Source of the DNA: an uncultured Corynebacterium sp.
GTDB taxonomy: Bacteria; Actinomycetota; Actinomycetes; Mycobacteriales; Mycobacteriaceae
Length of the DNA: 37,588 nucleotides
Reading direction: 5' to 3'
NCBI GenBank assembly: GCA_915275065.1
Contig: CAJZGD010000001.1
Span: forward strand, 1-37,588
The position numbers and the translations under genes were made by a program. The notes under the pieces are model-generated. The model saw only the letters and a list, made by a program, of their open reading frames with translations, was not told the DNA's origin and made no database searches. This document shows, piece after piece, positions 28,319 through 37,588 of the stretch (positions are counted from its first letter, which is position 1; every line of letters begins with the position of its first letter).

Positions 28319-30346
28319 GTGAGTATGACTTTAACGGAATCAGGTCAACGGGACTTCGTTGATACCTCACGGTTACAGGAATATGGTCCCGATGTCTTGA
28401 GCACCCCCCGCACCGTCGTCGGCATCATTGCCGCAGCTCTAGGCGGTGCGGTCTTCACGCTGGGGTGCTGGTTTGCGTTGAAAACCACGCACCTGCCGGC
28501 CTTTGGGCCTTCCAATGTGACTAAGGCTATTGGCACGTTTGGGACCGTGCTGGTCTTGCTCACGGTGGCCGGGCTCACCCTGTTGTGGGTGTTGGATGAG
28601 AAGAAACAACAATCGCACCCCCGGTGGCGCACTTGGGTCACCTATGTGGTCAGCTACCTGTCCCCCGCCGCATTGATCGTCACCACCCTGGCCATTCATT
28701 TGGCGGCCACCCGACTGTATTTGGATGGCATCACGGTGGACCAGGGGTTCCGCACCCAGTTCATGACCCGCATGGCCGACGGTTGGGGCCTGTCGGACAT
28801 GAACTATATCGACATGCCTACCTTCTACCCGGCCATGTGGTTTTGGTTCGGGGGCCGGCTGGCGAACCTCTTGGGTATGCCGGGCTGGGAGGTGTTTCAG
28901 CCGTGGGCGTTGATATCCCTGGCCGCCGCTGGCTCCACCCTGGTGCCGGTGTGGCAGCGGCTGGTGGGCAGCCTGCCGGTGGCCACCGCAATTGCCCTGG
29001 TCAGCACGTGTGTCACCCTGGTGATGAGCGCCGAGGAACCCTATGCCGCCATTATTTCCCTGGGTGTGCCGGCCGCCGTGGTGGCCGCCCGCCGGGCGTT
29101 GGTGGGTCGGAACATGGCCATGGTGGGGTTGATAATCTACCTGGGGTGCTCAGCATCGTCCTATACCTTATATACGGCGGTGGTGGCGCTCAGCACCATG
29201 GTGATCGCCGCCCTATTCTCGGGGGTGGTGTTGAAGTCGATAACCCCCATCATCCGATTGGTCATTATCGGGGTGGGGTCCATGGCGATCGCGGCCATTT
29301 GGTGGGCGCCCTACTTCCTGGCCATTCTTCAGGGGCGCCCGGTGTCGGGGGCGACCGCCTCGCATTATCTTCCCCTGGAGGGCACGCGGGTGCCACTGCC
29401 CATGTTGGCGCCGTCGGTGATTGGGCTGTTATGCCTGATCGGCCTGGTGTATTTGATTGTGCGGTCCAGTAATTATGATGTGCGCATGCTGGGGGTGGCG
29501 CTGCTGGTATTTTACGGCTGGGTGGCGCTCTCCATGGTGTTTACCCTCATAGGGTCGACGCTGCTTGGGTTCCGCATGGATGTGGTGATTGCCACTACCC
29601 TGGCGACGGCCGGCGTGTTGGGCGTGGCCGAGCTGCGGATTTATGCGATCCACCAGTGGCTATTCCCCCAAGAGTTCGACGTGAAGACGTCACGGATGAT
29701 TACCTGCGTATTCCTGGCGATCCTCGTGGTAGGCGGCCTCAGCTATGCGCAAAACATTCCGAACCAGAATGCGGACCCGATTGAACGGGCATATTCGGAC
29801 ACGGATGGTTACGGGGAGCGGGCCGACCGGTATCCGCCGGATTCTACCCAGTACTACAAGCAGGTGGCGGAGTTCATCGACAAGCACATGGGGTTACAAC
29901 GCAATGAAACCGTGGTACTCACGGACGAATTAAACTTCATGTCGTATTACCCATACCGGGGTTTCCAGGCGTTTACCAGCCACTATGCCAACCCACTGGG
30001 GGAATTTGACGTGCGCAACCAAACGATTACGGAGTGGGCGTTGAGCAGTTGGGAAAACGCCAACACACCCGAAAAATTCTTGGCAAAAATGCTGGAGGCA
30101 AAGTGGCGAGCCCCGCAGGCATTCGTGTTCCGGGCGGACCTGGAATCCTATAAGCAGGACAAAGCCGCAGGTAAAGACAGCAGCGGGTGGGTGTATGACC
30201 TGGCCGAAGACATTTACCCGAATAATCCCAATGTGCGGTTCCACGGGCTCCGGTTCAACCCGGAAGTGTTCGTGGGCGACGGCACGGAGTGGGAAGTCAA
30301 ACAGATTGGCCCATTTGTGGTGGCAGTACGAAGCTTCGCGAGATAA
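28319..30346 (+). CDS. aftA: Priming arabinofuranosyltransferase AftA
   Basis: LYLDGITVDQGFRTQF, DMNYIDMPTFYP and FTSHYANPLGEF motifs. It lies between dprE2 and emb. Confidence 0.94.
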   Translation: MSMTLTESGQRDFVDTSRLQEYGPDVLSTPRTVVGIIAAALGGAVFTLGCWFALKTTHLPAFGPSNVTKAIGTFGTVLVLLTVAGLTLLWVLDEKKQQSHPRWRTWVTYVVSYLSPAALIVTTLAIHLAATRLYLDGITVDQGFRTQFMTRMADGWGLSDMNYIDMPTFYPAMWFWFGGRLANLLGMPGWEVFQPWALISLAAAGSTLVPVWQRLVGSLPVATAIALVSTCVTLVMSAEEPYAAIISLGVPAAVVAARRALVGRNMAMVGLIIYLGCSASSYTLYTAVVALSTMVIAALFSGVVLKSITPIIRLVIIGVGSMAIAAIWWAPYFLAILQGRPVSGATASHYLPLEGTRVPLPMLAPSVIGLLCLIGLVYLIVRSSNYDVRMLGVALLVFYGWVALSMVFTLIGSTLLGFRMDVVIATTLATAGVLGVAELRIYAIHQWLFPQEFDVKTSRMITCVFLAILVVGGLSYAQNIPNQNADPIERAYSDTDGYGERADRYPPDSTQYYKQVAEFIDKHMGLQRNETVVLTDELNFMSYYPYRGFQAFTSHYANPLGEFDVRNQTITEWALSSWENANTPEKFLAKMLEAKWRAPQAFVFRADLESYKQDKAAGKDSSGWVYDLAEDIYPNNPNVRFHGLRFNPEVFVGDGTEWEVKQIGPFVVAVRSFAR

Positions 30347-30359
30347 CGCAAGGTAGAAG

Positions 30360-33300
30360 ATGGATAACGTAGACGAGAAACAGAGCGATACCCCAATCGA
30401 CCCGCAAGTCGCGCCCGAGGCAAGCGACGCTTTGCGACGCCAAGTGTGGCGGCAAAACGCCATGTTACGACGGGTGGCCGCCATCAGCGGTGTGGTGGGA
30501 TTTGTGCTTTTCATGCTCACCCCATTCATGCCAGTGGACCAGGTGCAGTCCTCCCTGACCTGGCCGCAAAACGGGAACCTCAATAGCGTCAACGCACCCC
30601 TGGTGTCGTATGCACCGGAAAACCTTGATATCACGGTGCCGATCTCCGCGCTGAAATCCCTGCGTGAGGACGAAACCACAGTGGTGAGCACCCTGCCGTC
30701 GACAAGCGAAAAAGCGACCGAACGTGGCCTCTTCGTGCGCTCCGACAAGGGCGCGCTGGACGTGGTGCTGCGGGATAACGTGTTCTTCCAAATGGATGCC
30801 GAGGAAGTGGCCGCCCTGCCGCGGGATGCGGTGCTGAAAATCCACTCGGGGCTGAAAGAAACCTGGGTGGAAATCCCCGGCGCCACCGACGCCAACGGTC
30901 AGCCGCTGCGCAAGGCCAACGATAAAAAGGACGATAAAGAAGATCTGCGCCCCCAAATTTCCGGTATTTACACCGAGCTGACTGGGGATGCGGAGCCGCT
31001 CATCCGGGCTGGGCTCAATGTGCAGGTGGAGATCAATTCCCGCTACACCTCCTCCCCCACCGTGCTGAAATATTTCACCATGATCGGCGGGGTGTTGTGC
31101 ACCCTGGTGGCGTTGTGGGCGCTGTTCCGCATTGACCGGTTGGATGGTAAGGGCCGGTATCCGTTCTGGCCGAAGGGTTTTTTCCGGCCGCGCCCCTTGG
31201 ATGGCCTGGTGGCCGGGGTGTTGGTGCTGTGGTATTTCTTCGGGGCGAACACGTCGGACGATGGGTTTATTTTGACCATGGCCCGGGTGTCGTTGGAGTC
31301 GGACTATATGGCCAACTATTACCGGTGGTTTGGGGTTCCCGAATCCCCGTTCGGTGCACCCTATTATGATTTCTTGGCGCTAATGACCCGGGTGTCGACC
31401 GCGTCCACGTGGATGCGGCTGCCGTCGCTGGTGGCTGGCTTGTTGATCTGGCTGATTGTGTCCCGGGAGGTATTGCCGCGCCTGGGTGCGGGGATTACCG
31501 CCCGTAGGGCTGCGCATTGGACGGCGGCGCTCATGTTTTTGGCGTTTTGGCTTCCCTATAATAATGGTTTACGACCGGAGCCGATCATTGCGTTGGGCAC
31601 GTTGACCGCCTGGGTGTCGTTCGAACGTTCCATCGAACAGAAGCGGTTGACGCCGGCGGCTATTGGCACGATCATTGCAGCGTTCACCTTGGCGTGTGGC
31701 CCGACCGGCCTGATGGCGGTGTCGGCGTTGCTGGTGACGCTGTCGAGTCTGATTCGGATCATGAACCGGTGGTTAGGCTATTTCGGGGTGACGGAGGATT
31801 CCACCCGGTGGCAGCGGATCAGCGGGTGGACGGCCATGTTGGCGCCGTTTATGGCGGCCGGCACGTCGGTGTTTATTGCCGTGTTCGGGGATCAAACGTT
31901 GGCGAATGTGCGGGAGTCCACCTATGTGCGTGCGGATAAGGGCCCGTCGTTGCAGTGGTTCCAGGAGTGGGTGCGCTACGAGGTGCTGTTCCAGCAGGAG
32001 GTGGATGGGTCATTTTCCCGCCGGTTTGCGGTGTTGATTGCGTTCATGAGCATTGTGTTTGTGTTCGCATCGATGTTGCGGAACGGTAAGGTGCCTGGGT
32101 CGAGCCGGGGCCCGTCGCTGCGGTTGATGATGATTTTCATCGGCACCTTATTCTTTATGAGTTTCACCCCGACGAAGTGGACCCACCACTTCGGGGTGTG
32201 GGCCGGTATCGCTGCGGCCTTAGGCGGCCTGGGGGCGATTGCTTTGAGCGAGTTCGCTACCCGGTCGCGGCACACCCGTACCCTGGTGTTGGGCGGGTTG
32301 TTGTTTATGTTTGCGTTCGCCCTGTCGGGCACGAACGGCTGGTGGTATGTGTCCAGTTACGGGATTCCGTGGTGGGATAAGTCCATCCAGTTCAAGGCGA
32401 TTGAGGCGTCCACGGTGGTCATGGTGATTTCCGTGATTGTGCTGCTGGTTGGTATTGTGCAATCGTTCCGGGTGGGGTTGGCCACGGAGTTGGATGATGC
32501 GTCGGCAGCCTATAAGAAGGCGGACCGGAAACCCAGCCGGTTTACGTTATTATTCTCCGCCCCGATTGCGGCGTTTTGCCTGGTGGCGATCCTGTTTTCC
32601 ATGCTGTCGTTCGCGAAGGCATTTATCACCCAATATCCGGCGTATTCGGTGGGCTTGGGGAATATGAACAGTGTTGCGGGGAAGACCTGTGGCCTGGCGG
32701 ATTATGTGCTGGTGGAGACAAACACGAACGAGTCGTTCTTAAAGCCGCTCACCAGTAATCTGGGGGAGTCTCTCCAGGTGGATAAGAAAACCCGGGGTTT
32801 TGAGCCGGATCGGATTCCCCAATTGGGGAGCGACCAGCTGCCAGATCTGGTGAGTGCGGGGGATCGCCTGAATGTGGAGGGTGGCCGCAGCACCACGAAG
32901 GGTGTGAATGGGTCGAAGTGGGTGCTGCCGTTTAACCTGGATCCGGCGAAGGTGCCGGTGATGGGCTCGTATACGGTGGGCCGCCAATACTACGCGCAGA
33001 TCACCACGGACTGGTATGACCTGCCGAAGTCCACGCCGGAGGCGCCGCTGATTGTGGTGTCGGCTGCGGGCATTATTGAGGGTGTTGACGCCGATGGTGT
33101 CACCCAGGAGGGCCGGAAGTTGCTGTTGGAGTACGGCAAGAAGAATCCTTCCGGCGGGGTGGATAAGTTGGGTGAGACCCAGATGCTGGATATTGGCCCG
33201 AAGAAGAAGTGGCGTAACCTGCGGCTTCCTATTGATGATCTGCCGAAGGAGGCGGATGCGGTGCGTATCTATGCTGAGGATGATTCGCTTGACCCAGAGC

Positions 33301-33755
33301 AGTGGCTGGTGGTGACGCCACCGCGGGTGCCGAAGCTGGATTCGTTGAATTCGGTGGTTGGTAGCACGGAGCCGGGCTTGTTGGACTGGTCGGTGCCGTT
33401 GCAGTTCACATGCCAGCGGCCGTTTAGCCACTATGCGGGTGTTGCGGAGATTCCCACGTTCCGTATCCTGCCGGACTATAAGGGGAAGCGTTCGGGTGCC
33501 AGCTTCGAGGATTATCATGGCGGTGGCGTGTTGGGCACCGCGGAGTCCGTGAATTATTCCTATGAGCTGCCGGGTTACGCCAAGGATGACTGGTTGCGTG
33601 ACTGGGGTTCCCTGGAACTCTATGCGCTTCGCCCGAATTCGCAGGGCCAGACGCCGGATGTGGCGCGCATCGACCGGACCACGAAGACCCGCTGGGGTTG
33701 GTGGTCGCCAGGGCACCAGAATATTGATACGGATAAGAAGGATTATTTGAATTAG
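30360..33755 (+). CDS. emb: Emb-family arabinosyltransferase
   Basis: 1131 aa with NTSDDGFILTMARV, ANYYRWFGVPESPFG, NNGLRPEP and TPTKWTHHFG motifs. Confidence 0.95.
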   Translation: MDNVDEKQSDTPIDPQVAPEASDALRRQVWRQNAMLRRVAAISGVVGFVLFMLTPFMPVDQVQSSLTWPQNGNLNSVNAPLVSYAPENLDITVPISALKSLREDETTVVSTLPSTSEKATERGLFVRSDKGALDVVLRDNVFFQMDAEEVAALPRDAVLKIHSGLKETWVEIPGATDANGQPLRKANDKKDDKEDLRPQISGIYTELTGDAEPLIRAGLNVQVEINSRYTSSPTVLKYFTMIGGVLCTLVALWALFRIDRLDGKGRYPFWPKGFFRPRPLDGLVAGVLVLWYFFGANTSDDGFILTMARVSLESDYMANYYRWFGVPESPFGAPYYDFLALMTRVSTASTWMRLPSLVAGLLIWLIVSREVLPRLGAGITARRAAHWTAALMFLAFWLPYNNGLRPEPIIALGTLTAWVSFERSIEQKRLTPAAIGTIIAAFTLACGPTGLMAVSALLVTLSSLIRIMNRWLGYFGVTEDSTRWQRISGWTAMLAPFMAAGTSVFIAVFGDQTLANVRESTYVRADKGPSLQWFQEWVRYEVLFQQEVDGSFSRRFAVLIAFMSIVFVFASMLRNGKVPGSSRGPSLRLMMIFIGTLFFMSFTPTKWTHHFGVWAGIAAALGGLGAIALSEFATRSRHTRTLVLGGLLFMFAFALSGTNGWWYVSSYGIPWWDKSIQFKAIEASTVVMVISVIVLLVGIVQSFRVGLATELDDASAAYKKADRKPSRFTLLFSAPIAAFCLVAILFSMLSFAKAFITQYPAYSVGLGNMNSVAGKTCGLADYVLVETNTNESFLKPLTSNLGESLQVDKKTRGFEPDRIPQLGSDQLPDLVSAGDRLNVEGGRSTTKGVNGSKWVLPFNLDPAKVPVMGSYTVGRQYYAQITTDWYDLPKSTPEAPLIVVSAAGIIEGVDADGVTQEGRKLLLEYGKKNPSGGVDKLGETQMLDIGPKKKWRNLRLPIDDLPKEADAVRIYAEDDSLDPEQWLVVTPPRVPKLDSLNSVVGSTEPGLLDWSVPLQFTCQRPFSHYAGVAEIPTFRILPDYKGKRSGASFEDYHGGGVLGTAESVNYSYELPGYAKDDWLRDWGSLELYALRPNSQGQTPDVARIDRTTKTRWGWWSPGHQNIDTDKKDYLN

Positions 33756-33920
33756 CCCTTCGCTTGACGACGCTCACCTCCCGGTGGGCGTCATTCCACC
33801 TCCCCCACCAACCACCCCACGCTCGCCCACATCTGCCCCTGCTGCCCTGCAGCCCCACCCCTGCCAGCCCACATCTGCCCCCTCTGTGCGCCTTCCCCCT
33901 GCTCCGGCGCTGCACATGTT

Positions 33921-34145
33921 CTAAGCTTGGTTTCCCATTTCTATGACCACCAGCTCCTGGGGGTTTGCCGCCTTTGCATAAAACACCATGCTTAGCAAAC
34001 TTGTGACCCTCTTTGAAAGCGGTAACACCACAGACCCACCCAGGGCTTCATACCTTCTAAGCATGGTTTTCAAAATCTACCGCCCCAAGGTGTCACATGC
34101 AGCACACCTGATAAGCATGGTCTTTAAGGACAGCCGACCTAAATC
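33921..34145. repeat. Array 2 (left part) of the same inverted-repeat units
   Basis: Motif copies at 33921, 33985 (offset 64), 34057 and 34111. The array is interrupted by the IS. Confidence 0.85.
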
Positions 34146-34243
34146 TGAAGTGTCGTTGGTTTTTTGGACGGGTGTTTTCCTTTCCCCTGGTAGAAAAAAA
34201 ATTTGTGTGACAGGAAAGGAAACCGGCCCAAGGCTGGGTGGTT

Positions 34244-34730
34244 ATGGGTAAACTCACGCTCATCCAACGACAACAAGCAGTAGAATTATTCGAGCAAGGC
34301 TATGGGTACGTTCTAGTATCTAGGATGCTCGAACTCAACCAATCCCAAGTAGAACTCTTAAGCCGTATGTGGCGTATCCATGGCAAACTATGCCTTATGC
34401 GGAGGAAAAACAAACACTACCCGTTCGAAACGAAAAAAGAAGTCGTAACCCGGTACCTACAAGGCGATAACCCTATCGAGCTAGCAAAACAATACAACAT
34501 CAGCTCGGACAGGCTGATCCGTATATGGGTGAAGAAATGGAAAATTAGTGGGGACAAAAGCCCTACGACCCCGCATGAAAGGATACCCACCAGCCGGGGA
34601 CACTAGCGCGCCTTTGACCGAGGTAGAAAAACTCCAACGCGATAACTACTACCTACAAATGCAGGTTGATGTCCTAAAAAAACTCAAGGCCTTAAGAGAA
34701 ATGCCACCAGGCGAGAACTCACCTATATAG
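34244..34730 (+). pseudogene. IS3 transposase OrfA (HTH), frameshifted near 34556-34559
   Basis: The HTH part (YPFETKKEVV...IRIWVKKW) and the coiled-coil part (EVEKLQRDNYYLQMQVDVLKKLKAL) are in different frames. Removing one A from GACAAAAGCC joins them. Confidence 0.7.
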
Positions 34731-35569
34731 TGGCATCTCTTAAGGCAAACTACCGGCTTGATACGCTCCTTACCCTGGTAGGGCTTGCCAGGTCTACCTA
34801 CTACTACCACCTGAAAAAGATAAGAGAACACTATGATAAACACGCCAGATTGAAACAAGAAATCTTCCGGTTGTTCCACGAGAACCATAAAGTATATGGG
34901 TGCCGCAGGATCAGGCTTGCATTATTAAACCGCGGCTGGGTGGTATCGAAAAACTTGGTGCATACCCTGATGCGGTCTATGGGGCTGCGGTGTGTGATCA
35001 GACGCAGGAAATACCAGTCTTACCGGGGTCGGGTAGGAAAGATCGCCGGGAATGTTCTTAGCAGGTGTTTCACACCCGCTAGGCCGAACAAAGCATGGGT
35101 AACGGATGTGACAATGTTCCAGGTGGCTGGGAAACGAGTGTATTTATCGCCGGTTATGGATTTATATGACCGCAGTATCATCGGGTATTCCACATCACTA
35201 ACTTCTACGGTTGAGTTCGCGGTGACGAGTTTGAAACAAGCGTTTACTCAGGCGGGGTGCCCTCATGGGGTGGTAGTGCATTCGGATCAGGGTTATCACT
35301 ACCAGCATGAGTCCTGGCGTGGGGTGCTTGACATGTTTGGTGGTATCCAGTCGATGTCGCGGAAAGGTAATTGTTGGGATAACGCGGTGATGGAAAACTT
35401 TTTCGGCCATATGAAAGCGGAAATGTTCCATGGGCGGTGTTTCACGAGTACAGATGAGTTAATCACTGCTATTCGTGAATACATCACTTGGTATAACATG
35501 ACAAGGCTGCAAGGAGTACTCGGTGGGCGTACCCCGATCCATGCTAGGTATCAAGCACTCGTGGTATAA
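34730..35569 (+). CDS. IS3 transposase OrfB (DDE integrase core)
   Basis: YGCRRI, WVTDVT, VHSDQG and SRKGNCWDNAVMENFFGHMKAE motifs. It is in the -1 frame and open back to the A7 slippery run at 34676-34682. Confidence 0.92.
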   Translation: MASLKANYRLDTLLTLVGLARSTYYYHLKKIREHYDKHARLKQEIFRLFHENHKVYGCRRIRLALLNRGWVVSKNLVHTLMRSMGLRCVIRRRKYQSYRGRVGKIAGNVLSRCFTPARPNKAWVTDVTMFQVAGKRVYLSPVMDLYDRSIIGYSTSLTSTVEFAVTSLKQAFTQAGCPHGVVVHSDQGYHYQHESWRGVLDMFGGIQSMSRKGNCWDNAVMENFFGHMKAEMFHGRCFTSTDELITAIREYITWYNMTRLQGVLGGRTPIHARYQALVV

Positions 35570-35620
35570 ATAACCCAAACGGATAGGAAAACAACAATCC
35601 AAAAAAACCACGACAGTTCA

Positions 35621-36515
35621 ATCTCCTGGAACCAACGTGCCAGCCGGGAAAAGACCATGCTTAGAACATGTGCGGTAGTCAGGTGTGTGGGTGGGCCAGC
35701 GCTAGCACATGTTCCAAGCTTGGACTTCTATTAGTGACGGTTCATACCTCGGGACAGAAACCATGCTTATCTAATCTGCTGCCCCAGGTGTCGCGTGTAG
35801 CATACCTGATAAGCATGGTCTTTAAACTCTACTATCCTAAATCTCCTGGAATCGATATGCCCCCAGATGAAAACCATGCTTAGAACATGTGCAGCGACGC
35901 CTTGGGTTGTTGGTAGCGTTTTCCCTAAGCTTGGTTTTGCGCAAAAGGGTGGACTTCCAGAGTACCTGGAGGGGCTTTTGCAGCTTAGGGGTTGTGCTGC
36001 CGGGTGGGATGAATATGGCTTCATATCTTCTAAGCATGGTTTCCGCTCTGAGGACACGCTAGTCCCTGGGGGTTAGGGCGGTAGATTTTGAAAACCATGC
36101 TTAGAACATGTGCAGCAATCAGGTACGAGGGCAGGCCGGCACCAGCATATGTTCTAAGCATGGTTTTCCATTTTTGCCAACTCGTATCCCCTGGATTCTC
36201 ATTCCGCCACGCCTAAACACCATGCTTAGAAAGTCCGATACCATATCAAGGGCTTGAGGTGGCACCTGGCACCATAATCATGAGCTTGGGCTTTCTCCGT
36301 CCACAGTTCAGGTTGCAGCTTCACATTCGATAAGCATGGTCTTTCAAATCCGCCACCCTAAATTCCCTGGGATCAATACGCCAATCAGAACAAAACCATG
36401 CTTATCTAATCTGCTGCCCCAATGGTTACGGCAAACCAATCCAGCAGCAAACCTTCTAAGCATGGTGTTTATCCTGGGGATGTGTCGGCTCCTGGGTTCA
36501 AATCAGGCTTAGGGG
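35621..36515. repeat. Array 2 (right part) of the inverted-repeat units
   Basis: Copies at 35654, 35714, 35760, 35809/35873, 35925, 36030/36094, 36154/36219, 36330/36395 and 36456. Confidence 0.9.
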
Positions 36516-36525
36516 GTGCCGGAGG

Positions 36526-37458
36526 TTATTGCGTCGAAAAGCCTTCGGGGGGTTGGACACCAGGCATGACCTGCGTGGCGGGGGGCGCATCAGGCGCGGG
36601 CTCTTCCAGGGAAGTCAACGGCAGGTGGGGGACCGTGATGGGGCCGCTGCCTTCGATTTCAATTTGTTGGACACAATGCCCCCAACACGACAGGAATGTG
36701 CCGTAGAGCACGATGGCAACACCAACCCACCACGCGATCTGGAGGTTTCCGGCGGAAATGATGGTGTTCCAGGCGAAGTGGAGGAGGAAACTCGCCCCCA
36801 AGCCACCGAACATGTATGCCAATCGCTTACGCATGGGAATGTCAGCCAGGTAAATGGCATAGCCGACCCCCAACCCGGAAATCGCAGTCAAACATACGTG
36901 CAGTCCAGGCCCGGCAATCGTGCGATATCCCCACACGGCCAGGGCGCCGTCCACATCCGAATTCGGGTCAATCATCGCCCCGAAGCTTCCATAGACTATG
37001 TTTTCGAAAGCCTCGAACCCCAGGCCCACCATGCCGCCGACCACGAACCCGTGCCACGGCCTGCTGAATCGCTGCGACACAATGAGAATGAGGGCGACGC
37101 CTAAGAGTTTGGAGATTTCTTCCGGGTAGGCCCCACCGAGGGCTGCCTCGAAAAACATCAGGTTGAGCCGCTTTAACACCGTGCTGATGGGTGAGCCAAT
37201 CACCGACACCACCCCGATCGAGGCGCACCCACCCCATAGTAGGCAGGTCAGGTACCATTTCCAGTTCAGCTCGTCTGGCCACATGGGTGATACCCGAAAA
37301 ATTGCGGTGCCAACTATCAGGTAGGCGATGAATCCGGCCAGGTTGATGAGGTTTACCGGCGCGTCCACGAGGAAGACACTCATACCGATGCTGACGAGTG
37401 AAACAATCACCCCGATGATCATGCTGACGATCAGCACGGTTTTTCCGTAACGCAGCAT
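36526..37458 (-). CDS. PrsW-family intramembrane glutamic protease
   Basis: PEEISK, GLGFEAFENIVY, GLHV and LLHFAWN motifs. Confidence 0.88.
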   Translation of the reverse strand: MLRYGKTVLIVSMIIGVIVSLVSIGMSVFLVDAPVNLINLAGFIAYLIVGTAIFRVSPMWPDELNWKWYLTCLLWGGCASIGVVSVIGSPISTVLKRLNLMFFEAALGGAYPEEISKLLGVALILIVSQRFSRPWHGFVVGGMVGLGFEAFENIVYGSFGAMIDPNSDVDGALAVWGYRTIAGPGLHVCLTAISGLGVGYAIYLADIPMRKRLAYMFGGLGASFLLHFAWNTIISAGNLQIAWWVGVAIVLYGTFLSCWGHCVQQIEIEGSGPITVPHLPLTSLEEPAPDAPPATQVMPGVQPPEGFSTQ

Positions 37459-37588
37459 TAGAATCCCAACTCCTGTTCTCCCTGCATGGGTTTGATGAGC
37501 GGCTGAAGCATGTCACCGCCGCCATTGCCATCACCCTCACCAGCACCGCCAGCATCACCGCCAGAGCCGGCCCCGCCGCCGGACCCAC
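37458..37588 (-). CDS. C-terminal end of an unidentified gene (truncated by the window)
   Basis: The minus frame reads GSGGGAGSGGDAGGAGEGDGNGGGDMLQPLIKPMQGEQELGF*, with a TAATG overlap onto the PrsW start. Confidence 0.55.
   Translation of the reverse strand, partial: GSGGGAGSGGDAGGAGEGDGNGGGDMLQPLIKPMQGEQELGF

Larger units (their letters stand above)
34146..35620 (+). mobile_element. IS3-family insertion sequence (1475 bp)
   Basis: IRL TGAAGTGTCGTTGGTTTTTTTGGA versus IRR reverse complement TGAACTGTCGTGGTTTTTTTGGA, with TG...CA ends. A 3-bp ATC duplication lies at 34143-34145 and 35621-35623. Confidence 0.93.

Noticed and set aside
36968..37588. 206-aa minus-strand ORF
   Set aside because: It overlaps the PrsW gene out of frame. 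A different frame ending in TAATG at 37458 explains the window end better.

Overview
About 37.6 kb of a Corynebacterium chromosome; the gene set points to this genus, and the species is not determined (possibly an oral species such as C. matruchotii). The backbone is the conserved arabinogalactan locus: wzm/wzt, glfT1, gtrA-like, dprE1-dprE2-aftA-emb. It is flanked by a quinone oxidoreductase, a class-V aminotransferase, tRNA-Ser(UGA) and a PrsW-family protease. Accessory DNA comprises an esterase/MprF-LysX-like/hydrolase operon, an AT-rich islet at the tRNA 3' end (XRE regulator, decayed ABC binding protein, DUF3800-like gene plus a candidate structured RNA), a GNAT, a two-module IucA/IucC siderophore synthetase, a TroA-type metal ABC operon, an MFS and an IS3-family element. 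The most striking unexplained structure is a pair of long non-coding arrays (about 20.7-22.2 kb and 33.9-36.5 kb). They are built from a ~75-bp unit bounded by inverted TAAGCATGGT...ACCATGCTTA repeats at a fixed 64-65 bp offset, with variable linkers, and the IS3 element sits inside one unit. A second motif, GCTTNNCGACG, occurs at least 19 times across the window.
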